DNA of 45,974 bases from an uncultured Candidatus Saccharibacteria bacterium (GTDB lineage Bacteria > Patescibacteriota > Minisyncoccia > UBA6257 > JAUSGH01). Made by a program: the position numbers and the translations under genes. Below are positions 18,973 to 27,580 of the stretch, in pieces (position 1 is the stretch's first letter; every line of letters starts with the position of its first letter). Below the pieces are notes generated by a model, which saw nothing but the letters and a program-made list of their open reading frames with translations, ran no database searches and was not told where the DNA came from. The DNA lies in NCBI GenBank assembly GCA_964372325.1, contig CAYJQG010000004.1:1-45974 (forward strand). The letters run 5' to 3'.

Positions 18973-19017
18973 TAGCAAGAAATTTCTAATTCCCAATAAC
19001 TAATTTCTAATTAAAGT

Positions 19018-20691
19018 ATGGCAAAACAAATTTTATTTAACGAAGATGCACGCATTGCTCTTAAAAAGGGCATCGACAAGCTTGCCGAGGCAGTACGCAT
19101 GACCCTTGGTCCTCGCGGAAGGGCGGTGGTCATCGAAAAGGGGTACGGCGCACCACAGGTGACATTCGATGGCGTAACCGTAGCCAAAGAAATTGAGCTC
19201 GAAAATAAATTCGAAAATCTTGGAGCAGACCTATTAAAACAGGCAGCGGACAAAACCAACGATAACGTTGGCGACGGTACGACAACTTCGGTGGTCCTTG
19301 CTCATGCAATGATCGACGAAGGAGAAAAAACCATTCGCGAGAAAGGGTTTAACGTTATTCAATTATCTGAAGAGCTGAAACGAGTTGGCGGTGAAGTGAT
19401 GGGACGTCTCGAAAGCCAACGCGAAGCAATTAATGAAAATAAAAAAATTGAAGAAGTCGCAACGCTTTCCGCAAAAGATGGGGGTATCGGCAAACTCATT
19501 GCGCAGGTCATGGAAAAAATTGGTCGCGATGGAGTTGTAACAATTGAAGATTCGAACACTACAGGAAATTCCTATGAAGTAGTAGAAGGCATGCAGTTCG
19601 ACCGCGGATATATTTCTCCATACATGGTAACGAATGCCGAACGCATGGAAAGCGCCGTCGAAGAACCCTATATTCTCGTAACGGACAAAAAAATCTCATC
19701 GATCAAAGAAATGCTCCCACTCTTAGAACGCATGATCGAAGCAGGAAAGAAAGAACTGGTAATCATCGCAGAAGAAGTTGACGGCGAAGCCCTCACAACG
19801 CTCGTGGTAAACAAACTCCGTGGAATTTTTACCGCGCTTGCAGTAAAAGCCCCTGGGTTTGGTGACCGCAAGAAAGAAGTGCTCCAAGATATTGCGATCA
19901 TAACCGGCGCAGAGCTCATAACCGACGAACTAGGAAAAAAGCTTGAGGACGTAGATCTTTCCGCACTCGGACGCGCACATCGTGTAGTTGCGAGTAAAGA
20001 TAATACAACTATCGTTGGTGGCAAGGGAGAAAAGAATACGATCGCAGATCGCGTTGCACAACTCAAGGCACAGCTTAAAAAAATAGACTCGGAATTCGAC
20101 CGCGAGAAAATGCAGGAACGACTAGGCAAGCTCGCAGGTGGGGTTGCAGTAATTAAAGTTGGTGCGCCAACCGAATCGGCTCAAAAAGAATTAAAACAGC
20201 GCGTAGAAGATGCAGTCGCCGCAACCCGAGCCGCAATGGAAGAGGGAATTGTTCCCGGTGGTGGCATGGCACTCTTCAACGCGATGAAGGAGCTAAGAAA
20301 TACACCAAGCGAAATGGCAGTGACTAAAGCAGCGCATACAATATTAATGAAAGCACTCGAAGCGCCAATCACCGCAATCGTAAACAACAGCGGCCAAAAC
20401 CCAGGAACTATTGTTGCCGAACTGAACCGCCAAAAAGAAATAATAAAAGATAATGCAGAGCGTATGTGGCTCGGGTTTAATGCCCAAACAAACGAAATTA
20501 AAGATTTACGCAAATTTGGTATCATTGATCCACTAAAAGTGACTCGCACCGCGTTTACCAATGCGCTTTCTGTTGCCGCGAACTATCTCGTTATGGGTGC
20601 AGCAGTAACCGAAATTCCAAAAAAGGAATCAGGGGCTGGTGGGCCGCCAATGGGAGGGGGGATGCCGGGCATGGGAGGAATGGAGTATTAA
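19018..20691 (+). CDS. groEL: Chaperonin GroEL
   Basis: TLGPRGR, DGVTVAKE, GDGTTT, EGMQFDRGY, GGM-rich tail. Confidence 0.98.
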   Translation: MAKQILFNEDARIALKKGIDKLAEAVRMTLGPRGRAVVIEKGYGAPQVTFDGVTVAKEIELENKFENLGADLLKQAADKTNDNVGDGTTTSVVLAHAMIDEGEKTIREKGFNVIQLSEELKRVGGEVMGRLESQREAINENKKIEEVATLSAKDGGIGKLIAQVMEKIGRDGVVTIEDSNTTGNSYEVVEGMQFDRGYISPYMVTNAERMESAVEEPYILVTDKKISSIKEMLPLLERMIEAGKKELVIIAEEVDGEALTTLVVNKLRGIFTALAVKAPGFGDRKKEVLQDIAIITGAELITDELGKKLEDVDLSALGRAHRVVASKDNTTIVGGKGEKNTIADRVAQLKAQLKKIDSEFDREKMQERLGKLAGGVAVIKVGAPTESAQKELKQRVEDAVAATRAAMEEGIVPGGGMALFNAMKELRNTPSEMAVTKAAHTILMKALEAPITAIVNNSGQNPGTIVAELNRQKEIIKDNAERMWLGFNAQTNEIKDLRKFGIIDPLKVTRTAFTNALSVAANYLVMGAAVTEIPKKESGAGGPPMGGGMPGMGGMEY

Positions 20692-20797
20692 TCATCGTGA
20701 GACAACCTAATAAAAAATCAAAATTATTGATTTCCACTCTGATTGACATCGGAGTGGTTTTTGTTTACACTCAAACTAGCACAAGAAATGGTGGAAA

Positions 20798-21181
20798 ATG
20801 CCTGAGCAAAAAGTCAGGTTCGTTGTCTTGGCAAAACTCGGAGTATATGAACACAATCTCCAGGCTACACTCGAAAAACTTTCTCGTGAACTTGATCTCC
20901 GAATGCTAACCTGTATTTCCGACAATAAAATAATAACGCAGGCAATCGCACTCGGAGAAACATCGAAAGAAACTTACGAAAAAATATTTAAGACCGAACT
21001 CGCATGGAAAGCAGTAAAGCTAGGGGCGCTACAACCAGGCGCATCAGTTCCAAAAACTATACCCGAACATGGTTGGTGGTATGAAGTAAAACCCACAAAA
21101 ATTCCCGCCGAACTAAAAACAGTGATTCACGAAGTACACTTAGGATGGTTGATGGAGAAAAGGTGGCTGAACGCCCTATAA
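20798..21181 (+). CDS. Hypothetical protein
   Basis: 127-aa ORF with GGTGG RBS and downstream terminator. Confidence 0.6.
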   Translation: MPEQKVRFVVLAKLGVYEHNLQATLEKLSRELDLRMLTCISDNKIITQAIALGETSKETYEKIFKTELAWKAVKLGALQPGASVPKTIPEHGWWYEVKPTKIPAELKTVIHEVHLGWLMEKRWLNAL

Positions 21182-21193
21182 CAAAACAGTAGC

Positions 21194-21219
21194 AAACCCT
21201 TTACGTAAGGGTTTTTTTT
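21194..21219 (+). terminator. Intrinsic terminator
   Basis: AAACCCTT...AAGGGTTT followed by a T tract. Confidence 0.65.
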
Positions 21220-21258
21220 ATTTACCTTAAGTAGTAGCGCATTGAAAAAGGAAATCTA

Positions 21259-22083
21259 ATGCAACAGTATCTTGACCTGCTTCGCAAAATCCGTAACGAA
21301 GGAGTGCAAAAACCAAGTAGACCGGGCATTGATACCATGAGCGATTTCGGCAATCGCCTAGAATTCCAACTCTCCGAAAGTCAACCATTCACGTTTCCGA
21401 ATTTTCCACTCATGACGACAAAGAAACTACACCTCAAATCAATCTTCACTGAACTCATCTGGATCATTCGCGGAGAAACGAATGTCAAATATATGCGCGA
21501 CCGAGGCGTAACCATTTGGGACGAATGGGCAAATGCCGATGGCGAGCTTGGCCCAGTGTATGGGCACCAGTGGCGACACTGGAAAACACCCGACGGCAAT
21601 GAAGTAGACCAGTTAAAAATTTTAGTCGACCGCATCAAAGCAATGCCGCACGACCGAAGGCTTATTGTAAACGCTTGGAACCCAGGCGAACTCAGCAAAA
21701 TGGCGTTGCCTCCATGCCACATGATGTTTCAATGCTTTGTTGCTGAGAGCAAGTTAAGTCTCCAAATGTACCAACGAAGCTGTGATCTTTTTCTTGGCAT
21801 ACCATTTAATATTGCCTCTTACGCGCTCTTGACCATTCTACTCGCAAAAATCACAGGGTTAAAACCCGGGAAATTTGTACACGTAATGGGGGACACCCAC
21901 ATATATCGTAATCACATCACACAAGTTGATCTACAGCTTACACGCACGCCACGCCCCTTACCCACACTACGTCTCAAAAAAGAAGTTGGAACATTAGCCG
22001 ACCTTGAAGCACTCGAATTTGCTGATATAGAATTATTGAACTATAATCCCTATCCAGGTATCAAAGCGGAGGTCGCCGTATGA
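21259..22083 (+). CDS. thyA: Thymidylate synthase
   Basis: IWDEWA, LGPVYGHQWR, MALPPCH, YQRSCD, PFN. Confidence 0.97.
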   Translation: MQQYLDLLRKIRNEGVQKPSRPGIDTMSDFGNRLEFQLSESQPFTFPNFPLMTTKKLHLKSIFTELIWIIRGETNVKYMRDRGVTIWDEWANADGELGPVYGHQWRHWKTPDGNEVDQLKILVDRIKAMPHDRRLIVNAWNPGELSKMALPPCHMMFQCFVAESKLSLQMYQRSCDLFLGIPFNIASYALLTILLAKITGLKPGKFVHVMGDTHIYRNHITQVDLQLTRTPRPLPTLRLKKEVGTLADLEALEFADIELLNYNPYPGIKAEVAV

Positions 22084-22586
22084 TATCGATAGTCGCCGCA
22101 ATGGATCGCAATCGATTAATGGGAAGCAATGGGCATCTTCCGTGGCAAAAGTTAGTCCCTGACATGAGACGATTCCAACGTTTAACCATGGGAAACGTAG
22201 TCGTAATGGGGAGAAAAACATTCGATTCCTTAAAAAAACCACTCGAGGGGAGATTGAATATTGTACTCACACACCGGCCCTGTTCTTTAAGCGATGGGTG
22301 CATTACTGCATACTCAATCGCAGAGGCAATCTACGCCAGCGAGATTCACCGTCCACAAAAAGATACCTACATTATCGGCGGAGCAAAAATATTCGAGCAC
22401 GGACTAGAAATCGCTGAACGCTTATACATCACGCACATCCAACACACCTTTACTGGCGATACATGGTTCCCCAAAATAGATGGAGGTCGCTTCGAAGAAA
22501 TCGAGCGCTTCGCACTGGAAGAAGACGACAAGACAGGATTAAAATTCTACTTTTCGACATACAAATCAATCACCGTAAAAACATAG
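22080..22586 (+). CDS. folA: Dihydrofolate reductase
   Basis: LPW, VVMGRKT, PLEGRLNIVLT, IIGG, GDTWFP; ATGA overlap with thyA. Confidence 0.95.
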   Translation: MISIVAAMDRNRLMGSNGHLPWQKLVPDMRRFQRLTMGNVVVMGRKTFDSLKKPLEGRLNIVLTHRPCSLSDGCITAYSIAEAIYASEIHRPQKDTYIIGGAKIFEHGLEIAERLYITHIQHTFTGDTWFPKIDGGRFEEIERFALEEDDKTGLKFYFSTYKSITVKT

Positions 22587-22689
22587 TCCGACAAACGTCG
22601 GACTTTTTTATTGCAAAAAAATAAGATTCGTAACTAATTCCCTAACAGGGAATTTTTTAAACATCATCAAAAATATGGAAAAAAATATG

Positions 22690-22850
22690 AGACCCGCTGC
22701 TTAATTATTTTCGTTACGAAATTCTAAAATCGTGAGCGAAACGCAGTCAAAAAAAGTGAGCAATATACAGTGTATCTTGTGAACTTTTTTTGACAAGTTG
22801 TAGCCATGATTTTAGAATTGCAGTAGAAAGATAATTAAGCAGTGGGTCTA
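22690..22850. repeat. Palindromic element family B, full copy
   Basis: AGACCCGCTGCTTAATTAT...ATAATTAAGCAGTGGGTCT; first ~100 bp repeated at 45821. Confidence 0.9.
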
Positions 22851-22963
22851 TGGAGTTAAACATAAAAACTCGCCTAACGTACGATCGTAACTTAGGCGAG
22901 TTTTTTAACATACAAATAATAAAAATTTTATTTTTTGCATAAAATAAGGTATCGTAAAGACAG

Positions 22964-23125
22964 TAGATTTGCTCCCGGATAAGCTTTTGATCAATTTTTC
23001 TTGAATTTTGAGCGAGACGAAGTGAAAAAATCGAAGCATATTCACAGAATCTGTTGAGATTTTTTCACAAAGTCGTAGCCAAAATTCAAGAAAAAGAGGC
23101 GAAATGTTATCCGGGAGCAAATCTA
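22964..23125. repeat. Palindromic element family A, copy 2
   Basis: TAGATTTGCTCCCGGATAA...TTATCCGGGAGCAAATCTA. Confidence 0.9.
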
Positions 23126-23134
23126 ATTAACGCG

Positions 23135-23219
23135 GGAAGGGTCGCATAGTGGTCTAGTGCGCACGCTTGGAAAGCGTGTGTACCGCAAGGTACCGCGGGT
23201 TCGAATCCCGCCCCTTCCG
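23135..23219 (+). tRNA. tRNA-Ser(GGA)
   Basis: Acceptor GGAAGGG/CCCTTCC, anticodon arm CACGC-TTGGAAA-GCGTG, long variable arm, GGTTCGAATCC. Confidence 0.97.
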
Positions 23220-23348
23220 CCTTCGCCTCGCTAAAGCTCGGCTTCGGCAGATGCAGTCCGCCAATAACTTTGAAATAAGTAAGAAAATTATAGGCAATAA
23301 AATTTTGAATAAGTGACCCAGATTTCTCTTATATGCTAATCTTTCTAT

Positions 23349-23585
23349 ATGGGTAAATTTATAGAATTTTTGGGTTGGTACGGGGCTTTGGCGATAGTCC
23401 TTGCCTATGGGTTGCTGAGCTTTTCGTTTTTGACATCCACCAATATTTGGTATCAAATTTTAAATGGTACCGGGGCACTAGGTATTTTTATTGAGTCTTA
23501 CCATAAGAAAGATTACCAACCTGCGGTGCTAAATACGATTTGGATAATTATTGCAATCGCCGCAATAGCAAAAATTCTTTTTTAG
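23349..23585 (+). CDS. Small membrane protein (CBU_0592-like)
   Basis: Three TM; GWYG, YQILNGTG, QPAVLN.IW. Confidence 0.7.
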   Translation: MGKFIEFLGWYGALAIVLAYGLLSFSFLTSTNIWYQILNGTGALGIFIESYHKKDYQPAVLNTIWIIIAIAAIAKILF

Positions 23586-23652
23586 TTGCATGTATAGAAG
23601 AGCTAAAATGGAAAAATTGTATATTACGAAATAATTCGTCATTATCAACATT

Positions 23653-24576
23653 ATGGAGCAAAAGATAAACACACCGAAAGAGGTTTTTTTAAACCTACTC
23701 GCAATACTAGCGCTCTATTTTATTGCGGGGAACTTTATCGCGCTCATTTTCCAATATATTGACATCACCTTCAAAGACCCGCTATATGCCCAATACTATG
23801 AAAGCGTCTTTGGCACTATTCGTTTTGCAATGGCTAGTCTCATCATCGTATTCCCGGCATTTATGTTTATTTCGCACCTCATCGCGAAAAATATTACAAA
23901 AGAACCAGAGTTACGAGCACTAAAATTCCGCCGTTGGCTACTCTACTTTACATTATTTATAGGAGCAGGAATCATGATCGGCGATCTTGTAACTCTCGTC
24001 TACAACTTACTCGAAGGCGAATTCACTATTAAATTTATCACGAAAGTGAAAACAGTCTTTGGGGTGTCTGCGACAATATTCTACTATTACCTCCACGACC
24101 TTCGGGGAAGTCTCAGTAATCGTGCAATGCGCTATTTCGGAGTAGGGTCAACAATAGTAATATGCGCTGCAATAATCGGAGGGTTTTTTACTGTAGGGTC
24201 ACCATTGAACGCAAGACTGTATCGACTCGACGAACGACGTATCAATGATTTACAAACGCTCCAAAACGAAATCACGAATTACTGGTCATCGCACAACGAA
24301 CAACTACCCAAAAAAATAGAGGATTTGAACGACGATATTTCTGGGTTTACTGCCCCGCAAGATCCCGTAACAAACGCTGCGTATGAATATAGTATAAAAA
24401 CAAGCAATGCGTTCGAACTTTGCGCTCAATTTGCACTTTCGTCAAAATTATTTTCCACAAAGTCTCAAAGAGGGCTAGGGCCTTATTCTGAAAATTGGGA
24501 TCACGAAGCAACTCGTACTTGTTTTAGCCGAACCATCGATCCATTACGCTATCGGAAGGAACTGCCACGCTACTAA
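23653..24576 (+). CDS. Membrane protein (DUF5671-like)
   Basis: Five TM plus GSP...R...D..RI.DL soluble domain with DP.T...YEY. Confidence 0.75.
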   Translation: MEQKINTPKEVFLNLLAILALYFIAGNFIALIFQYIDITFKDPLYAQYYESVFGTIRFAMASLIIVFPAFMFISHLIAKNITKEPELRALKFRRWLLYFTLFIGAGIMIGDLVTLVYNLLEGEFTIKFITKVKTVFGVSATIFYYYLHDLRGSLSNRAMRYFGVGSTIVICAAIIGGFFTVGSPLNARLYRLDERRINDLQTLQNEITNYWSSHNEQLPKKIEDLNDDISGFTAPQDPVTNAAYEYSIKTSNAFELCAQFALSSKLFSTKSQRGLGPYSENWDHEATRTCFSRTIDPLRYRKELPRY

Positions 24577-24622
24577 ATAAAGGATAAGTATAATCACCAA
24601 AATTTTTATAAATACCTGGTAA

Positions 24623-25303
24623 ATGAAAGAAAAAATTAAAATCGTCGACGGAGTCGCATATGAACGCATAATGGTCAAAACGCACCTCATTAGTTTTGGC
24701 GAAGATCTCACGGAATTAATAAAACGCTACGTAACTCCGCAAACAAAAGCAAATGACTGGATCGCAATTTCAGAAAAAGTAGTTTCGGTGTGTCAAAATA
24801 ATGTACGCCACATCAGCACTGTACGCGCAGGACTTCTCGCAAAACTTATCGTGAAAGGTGTTAAAAAATACCCGAATGACATTGGTTTTTCACGCCCCGA
24901 AAAGATGCAGCTTGCAGTAGAATTAGTTGGCTACCCGAGAATGGTACTCGCCATGGTACTCGGAGGAATTGGAAAATTATTTGGGTTACGTGGAATTTTT
25001 TGGACCATTGCGGGAAATCGCGTTTCAGAAATCGATGGGTTTAACCCCGACAGTATGTACCCCTACACTGAATACGCAGCACTACCCCCAAAAGAACCCA
25101 AAAAAGTTTGCGAAACGATTGAGCGCGAAACAAAAATTCCAACGGTTATTATCGACGGAAATAACGTCAACGTCGAAGTAATCGCGATGAGCGGCGGTAT
25201 GCAGGTAAATAAAAAAGAAGTACGAGCAATTCTCCTCGATAACCCCATGGGGCAAGACGACGAAATGACTCCGTTTATTATTGTACGCAAAGTACAACAA
25301 TAA
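24623..25303 (+). CDS. Coenzyme F420-0:L-glutamate ligase (CofE)-like protein
   Basis: ISEKVVS, EIDG, IIDGN, DNPMGQ..EMTP. Confidence 0.7.
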   Translation: MKEKIKIVDGVAYERIMVKTHLISFGEDLTELIKRYVTPQTKANDWIAISEKVVSVCQNNVRHISTVRAGLLAKLIVKGVKKYPNDIGFSRPEKMQLAVELVGYPRMVLAMVLGGIGKLFGLRGIFWTIAGNRVSEIDGFNPDSMYPYTEYAALPPKEPKKVCETIERETKIPTVIIDGNNVNVEVIAMSGGMQVNKKEVRAILLDNPMGQDDEMTPFIIVRKVQQ

Positions 25304-25451
25304 ACAATCATTCATATCATAACGCCTCAATCGGGCTAAAACGTACTGCGCGTCGTGCGGGGTAAATAAACAAAAAAACTTGAGCGTACGCTCAAGTTTT
25401 TCTTTATTAAAAAATATTGTAAAATCAAAGCATTGTCCATAAATAGACTCA

Positions 25452-26072
25452 ATGACCATCACCATCTTCACACTCTTCGTCTTTTTATTTTCCGTAATTG
25501 TGCACGAAGTGGCACACGGCGTTGTTGCGCTACGCCTAGGGGACACCACCGCAAAAGATTTGGGGCGTTTAACCTTAAATCCCATCGCACATCTCGAACC
25601 ATTTGGGTCTTTCATTTTACCAATACTCCTCTATTTTGCCACAAACGGAGCAATGATATTTGGATGGGCAAAGCCAGTTCCTTACAATCCGCTACGACTC
25701 AAAAACCCAATGCGAGATGCTGGGCTAATTGCTGCGGCAGGGCCAATAACCAACCTCGGAGTTGCAATAATATTTGGAATCATGATTCGCATACTAGCGC
25801 ACTCGATAAATCCATTACGCATTGAAACACTTTTTGTATTACTGCATGTTATCGTATCAGTCAATATATTGCTGGCAATATTCAACCTCGTCCCAATTCC
25901 ACCACTCGACGGTTCAAAAGTACTGTTTGCATTACTTCCCAAACGATACGCACAAGTACAAACAATACTTGAACGTTATGGGTTACTCTTCTTATTACTT
26001 TTCATCACCATCGGCTTCAACCTCATCAAACCAATAATAAACACTGTATATCACTTAATCGTCGGCGCATAG
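25452..26072 (+). CDS. Site-2 protease (M50) family metalloprotease
   Basis: HEVAH, AAGP..N, FNLVPIPPLDG. Confidence 0.93.
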   Translation: MTITIFTLFVFLFSVIVHEVAHGVVALRLGDTTAKDLGRLTLNPIAHLEPFGSFILPILLYFATNGAMIFGWAKPVPYNPLRLKNPMRDAGLIAAAGPITNLGVAIIFGIMIRILAHSINPLRIETLFVLLHVIVSVNILLAIFNLVPIPPLDGSKVLFALLPKRYAQVQTILERYGLLFLLLFITIGFNLIKPIINTVYHLIVGA

Positions 26073-26089
26073 TAAGTCTATTACTCAAT

Positions 26090-26119
26090 TTGACTTTACG
26101 GCAAAGACCTTGCTAGAAT
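26090..26119 (+). promoter_or_regulatory. Promoter of str operon
   Basis: TTGACT-N18-TAGAAT with TGn extended -10. Confidence 0.6.
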
Positions 26120-26134
26120 CATCATATTCTTTTT

Positions 26135-26548
26135 ATGGCGACACTAAACCAACTCATGAAGGGACACCGCACTGTCTCGAAAAACAAATCAAAAGCACCA
26201 GCCCTACAGCGGTATTTTAATGACTTACAAAACAAACCACTACAAACCTCATCGCCATTCAAGCGTGGTGTATGCGTAAAAGTGTTCACAACAACACCAA
26301 AAAAGCCAAACTCAGCACTTCGTAAAGTCGCTCGCGTGCGCTTAACTAATGGAATGGAAATTACCGCCTACATCCCAGGCGAGGGTCATAATCTACAGGA
26401 GCATTCAGTGGTTATCGTTCGTGGAGGACGCGTAAAAGACCTACCAGGGGTAAAGTACCACATCGTTCGCGGCAGACTTGACACTTCGGGGGTAGATGCC
26501 CGCAAACAGCAACGGAGTAAATATGGCGCGAAAAGAGCTAAAAAATAG
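26135..26548 (+). CDS. rpsL: Ribosomal protein uS12
   Basis: [19 protein letters not shown]. Confidence 0.98.
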   Translation: MATLNQLMKGHRTVSKNKSKAPALQRYFNDLQNKPLQTSSPFKRGVCVKVFTTTPKKPNSALRKVARVRLTNGMEITAYIPGEGHNLQEHSVVIVRGGRVKDLPGVKYHIVRGRLDTSGVDARKQQRSKYGAKRAKK

Positions 26549-26566
26549 TAAGAATATTTTTTAATA

Positions 26567-26641
26567 GCTACTAAATACGAAAAAAGTTTAGTTTCGTATA
26601 TTCGTAAAGATTTCGTATTTCGTAGCTGCGTATTTCGCAGC
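26567..26641. repeat. TACGAA-unit palindromic element between rpsL and rpsG
   Basis: GCTACTAAATACGAAA...TTCGTATATTCGTAAAGATTTCGTATTTCGTAGC. Confidence 0.85.
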
Positions 26642-26648
26642 AAAAATT

Positions 26649-27116
26649 ATGAGACGCAAACGAACACATAAAAGAGTTCATGAGCCAGATATCAAATATG
26701 GCTCAATTGTAGTCGGCCGTTTTATTAACTACTTAATGAAAAGTGGCAAGAAATCTGTTGCCGAAAAAGTAATGTACGATGCGCTTGAACAAATCCGCAA
26801 AGAAACAAAAGCGGAGCCATTGCCTATTTTTGAAAAAGCACTAGAAAATGTAACACCAATGGTAGAGGTAACTTCACGTCGTGTCGGTGGCGCAAACTAT
26901 CAAGTACCCCGTGAAGTACGCGTAACCAGAAAATTCATGCTCTCAGCAGGTTGGCTTATAGGCGCCGCAAGAGCAAAAAAGGGGAAGCCAATGTCCGTGA
27001 AGCTCGCAGAAGAACTCATGCTCGCGTATAAAAACGAAGGTTCGGCAATTAAGAAAAAGCAAGACACGCACCGCATGGCAGAGGCGAACCGCGCATTCGC
27101 ACACTTCTCCTGGTAA
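26649..27116 (+). CDS. rpsG: Ribosomal protein uS7
   Basis: SRRVGGANYQVP, HRMAEANRAFAH. Confidence 0.98.
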   Translation: MRRKRTHKRVHEPDIKYGSIVVGRFINYLMKSGKKSVAEKVMYDALEQIRKETKAEPLPIFEKALENVTPMVEVTSRRVGGANYQVPREVRVTRKFMLSAGWLIGAARAKKGKPMSVKLAEELMLAYKNEGSAIKKKQDTHRMAEANRAFAHFSW

Positions 27117-27118
27117 GG

Positions 27119-27580
27119 TGTTACGAATTTACGAATAATGACGAATATACGAATATATGCTAAGACGAACCGACTTACTTTATCCAGAGCTGAGTTATAA
27201 AATTACCGGTATAATGTTTTCCGTATTTAACACATTGGGATTTGGATATAAAGAAAAGTATTATCAACGAGCGCTATGCGAAGAATTTCAAAGATTGGGT
27301 ATTAAATATCGAGAACAGATTATAATCCCCGTTTTATTTAAAGAAATAATAATCGGAAAACAAATACTGGACTTTCTTATAGAAGATAAGATTATTCTAG
27401 AAATAAAACGAGGTAATCGATTTTCTCAACACGATATTACGCAAGTTATAAGTTATCTTAAATCGGCTAAATTACACCTTGCTATACTTGCACGATTTTG
27501 TAGTAAGGGAGTAGTTTTTAAACGTATTATAAATCTTAGATAAAATTCGTATATTCGTAATTATTCGTAAATTCGTAACA
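27119..27580 (+). mobile_element. Putative GxxExxY insertion element bounded by 36-bp inverted arms of TACGAA units
   Basis: 27119-27154 and 27545-27580 are reverse complements at 35/36 positions; interrupts rpsG-fusA; mobility is inferred. Confidence 0.7.
27157..27543 (+). CDS. GxxExxY protein (PD-(D/E)xK nuclease fold)
   Basis: GYKEKYY motif, LDFLIEDKIILEIK, QVISYL; 128 aa. Confidence 0.93.
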   Translation: MLRRTDLLYPELSYKITGIMFSVFNTLGFGYKEKYYQRALCEEFQRLGIKYREQIIIPVLFKEIIIGKQILDFLIEDKIILEIKRGNRFSQHDITQVISYLKSAKLHLAILARFCSKGVVFKRIINLR

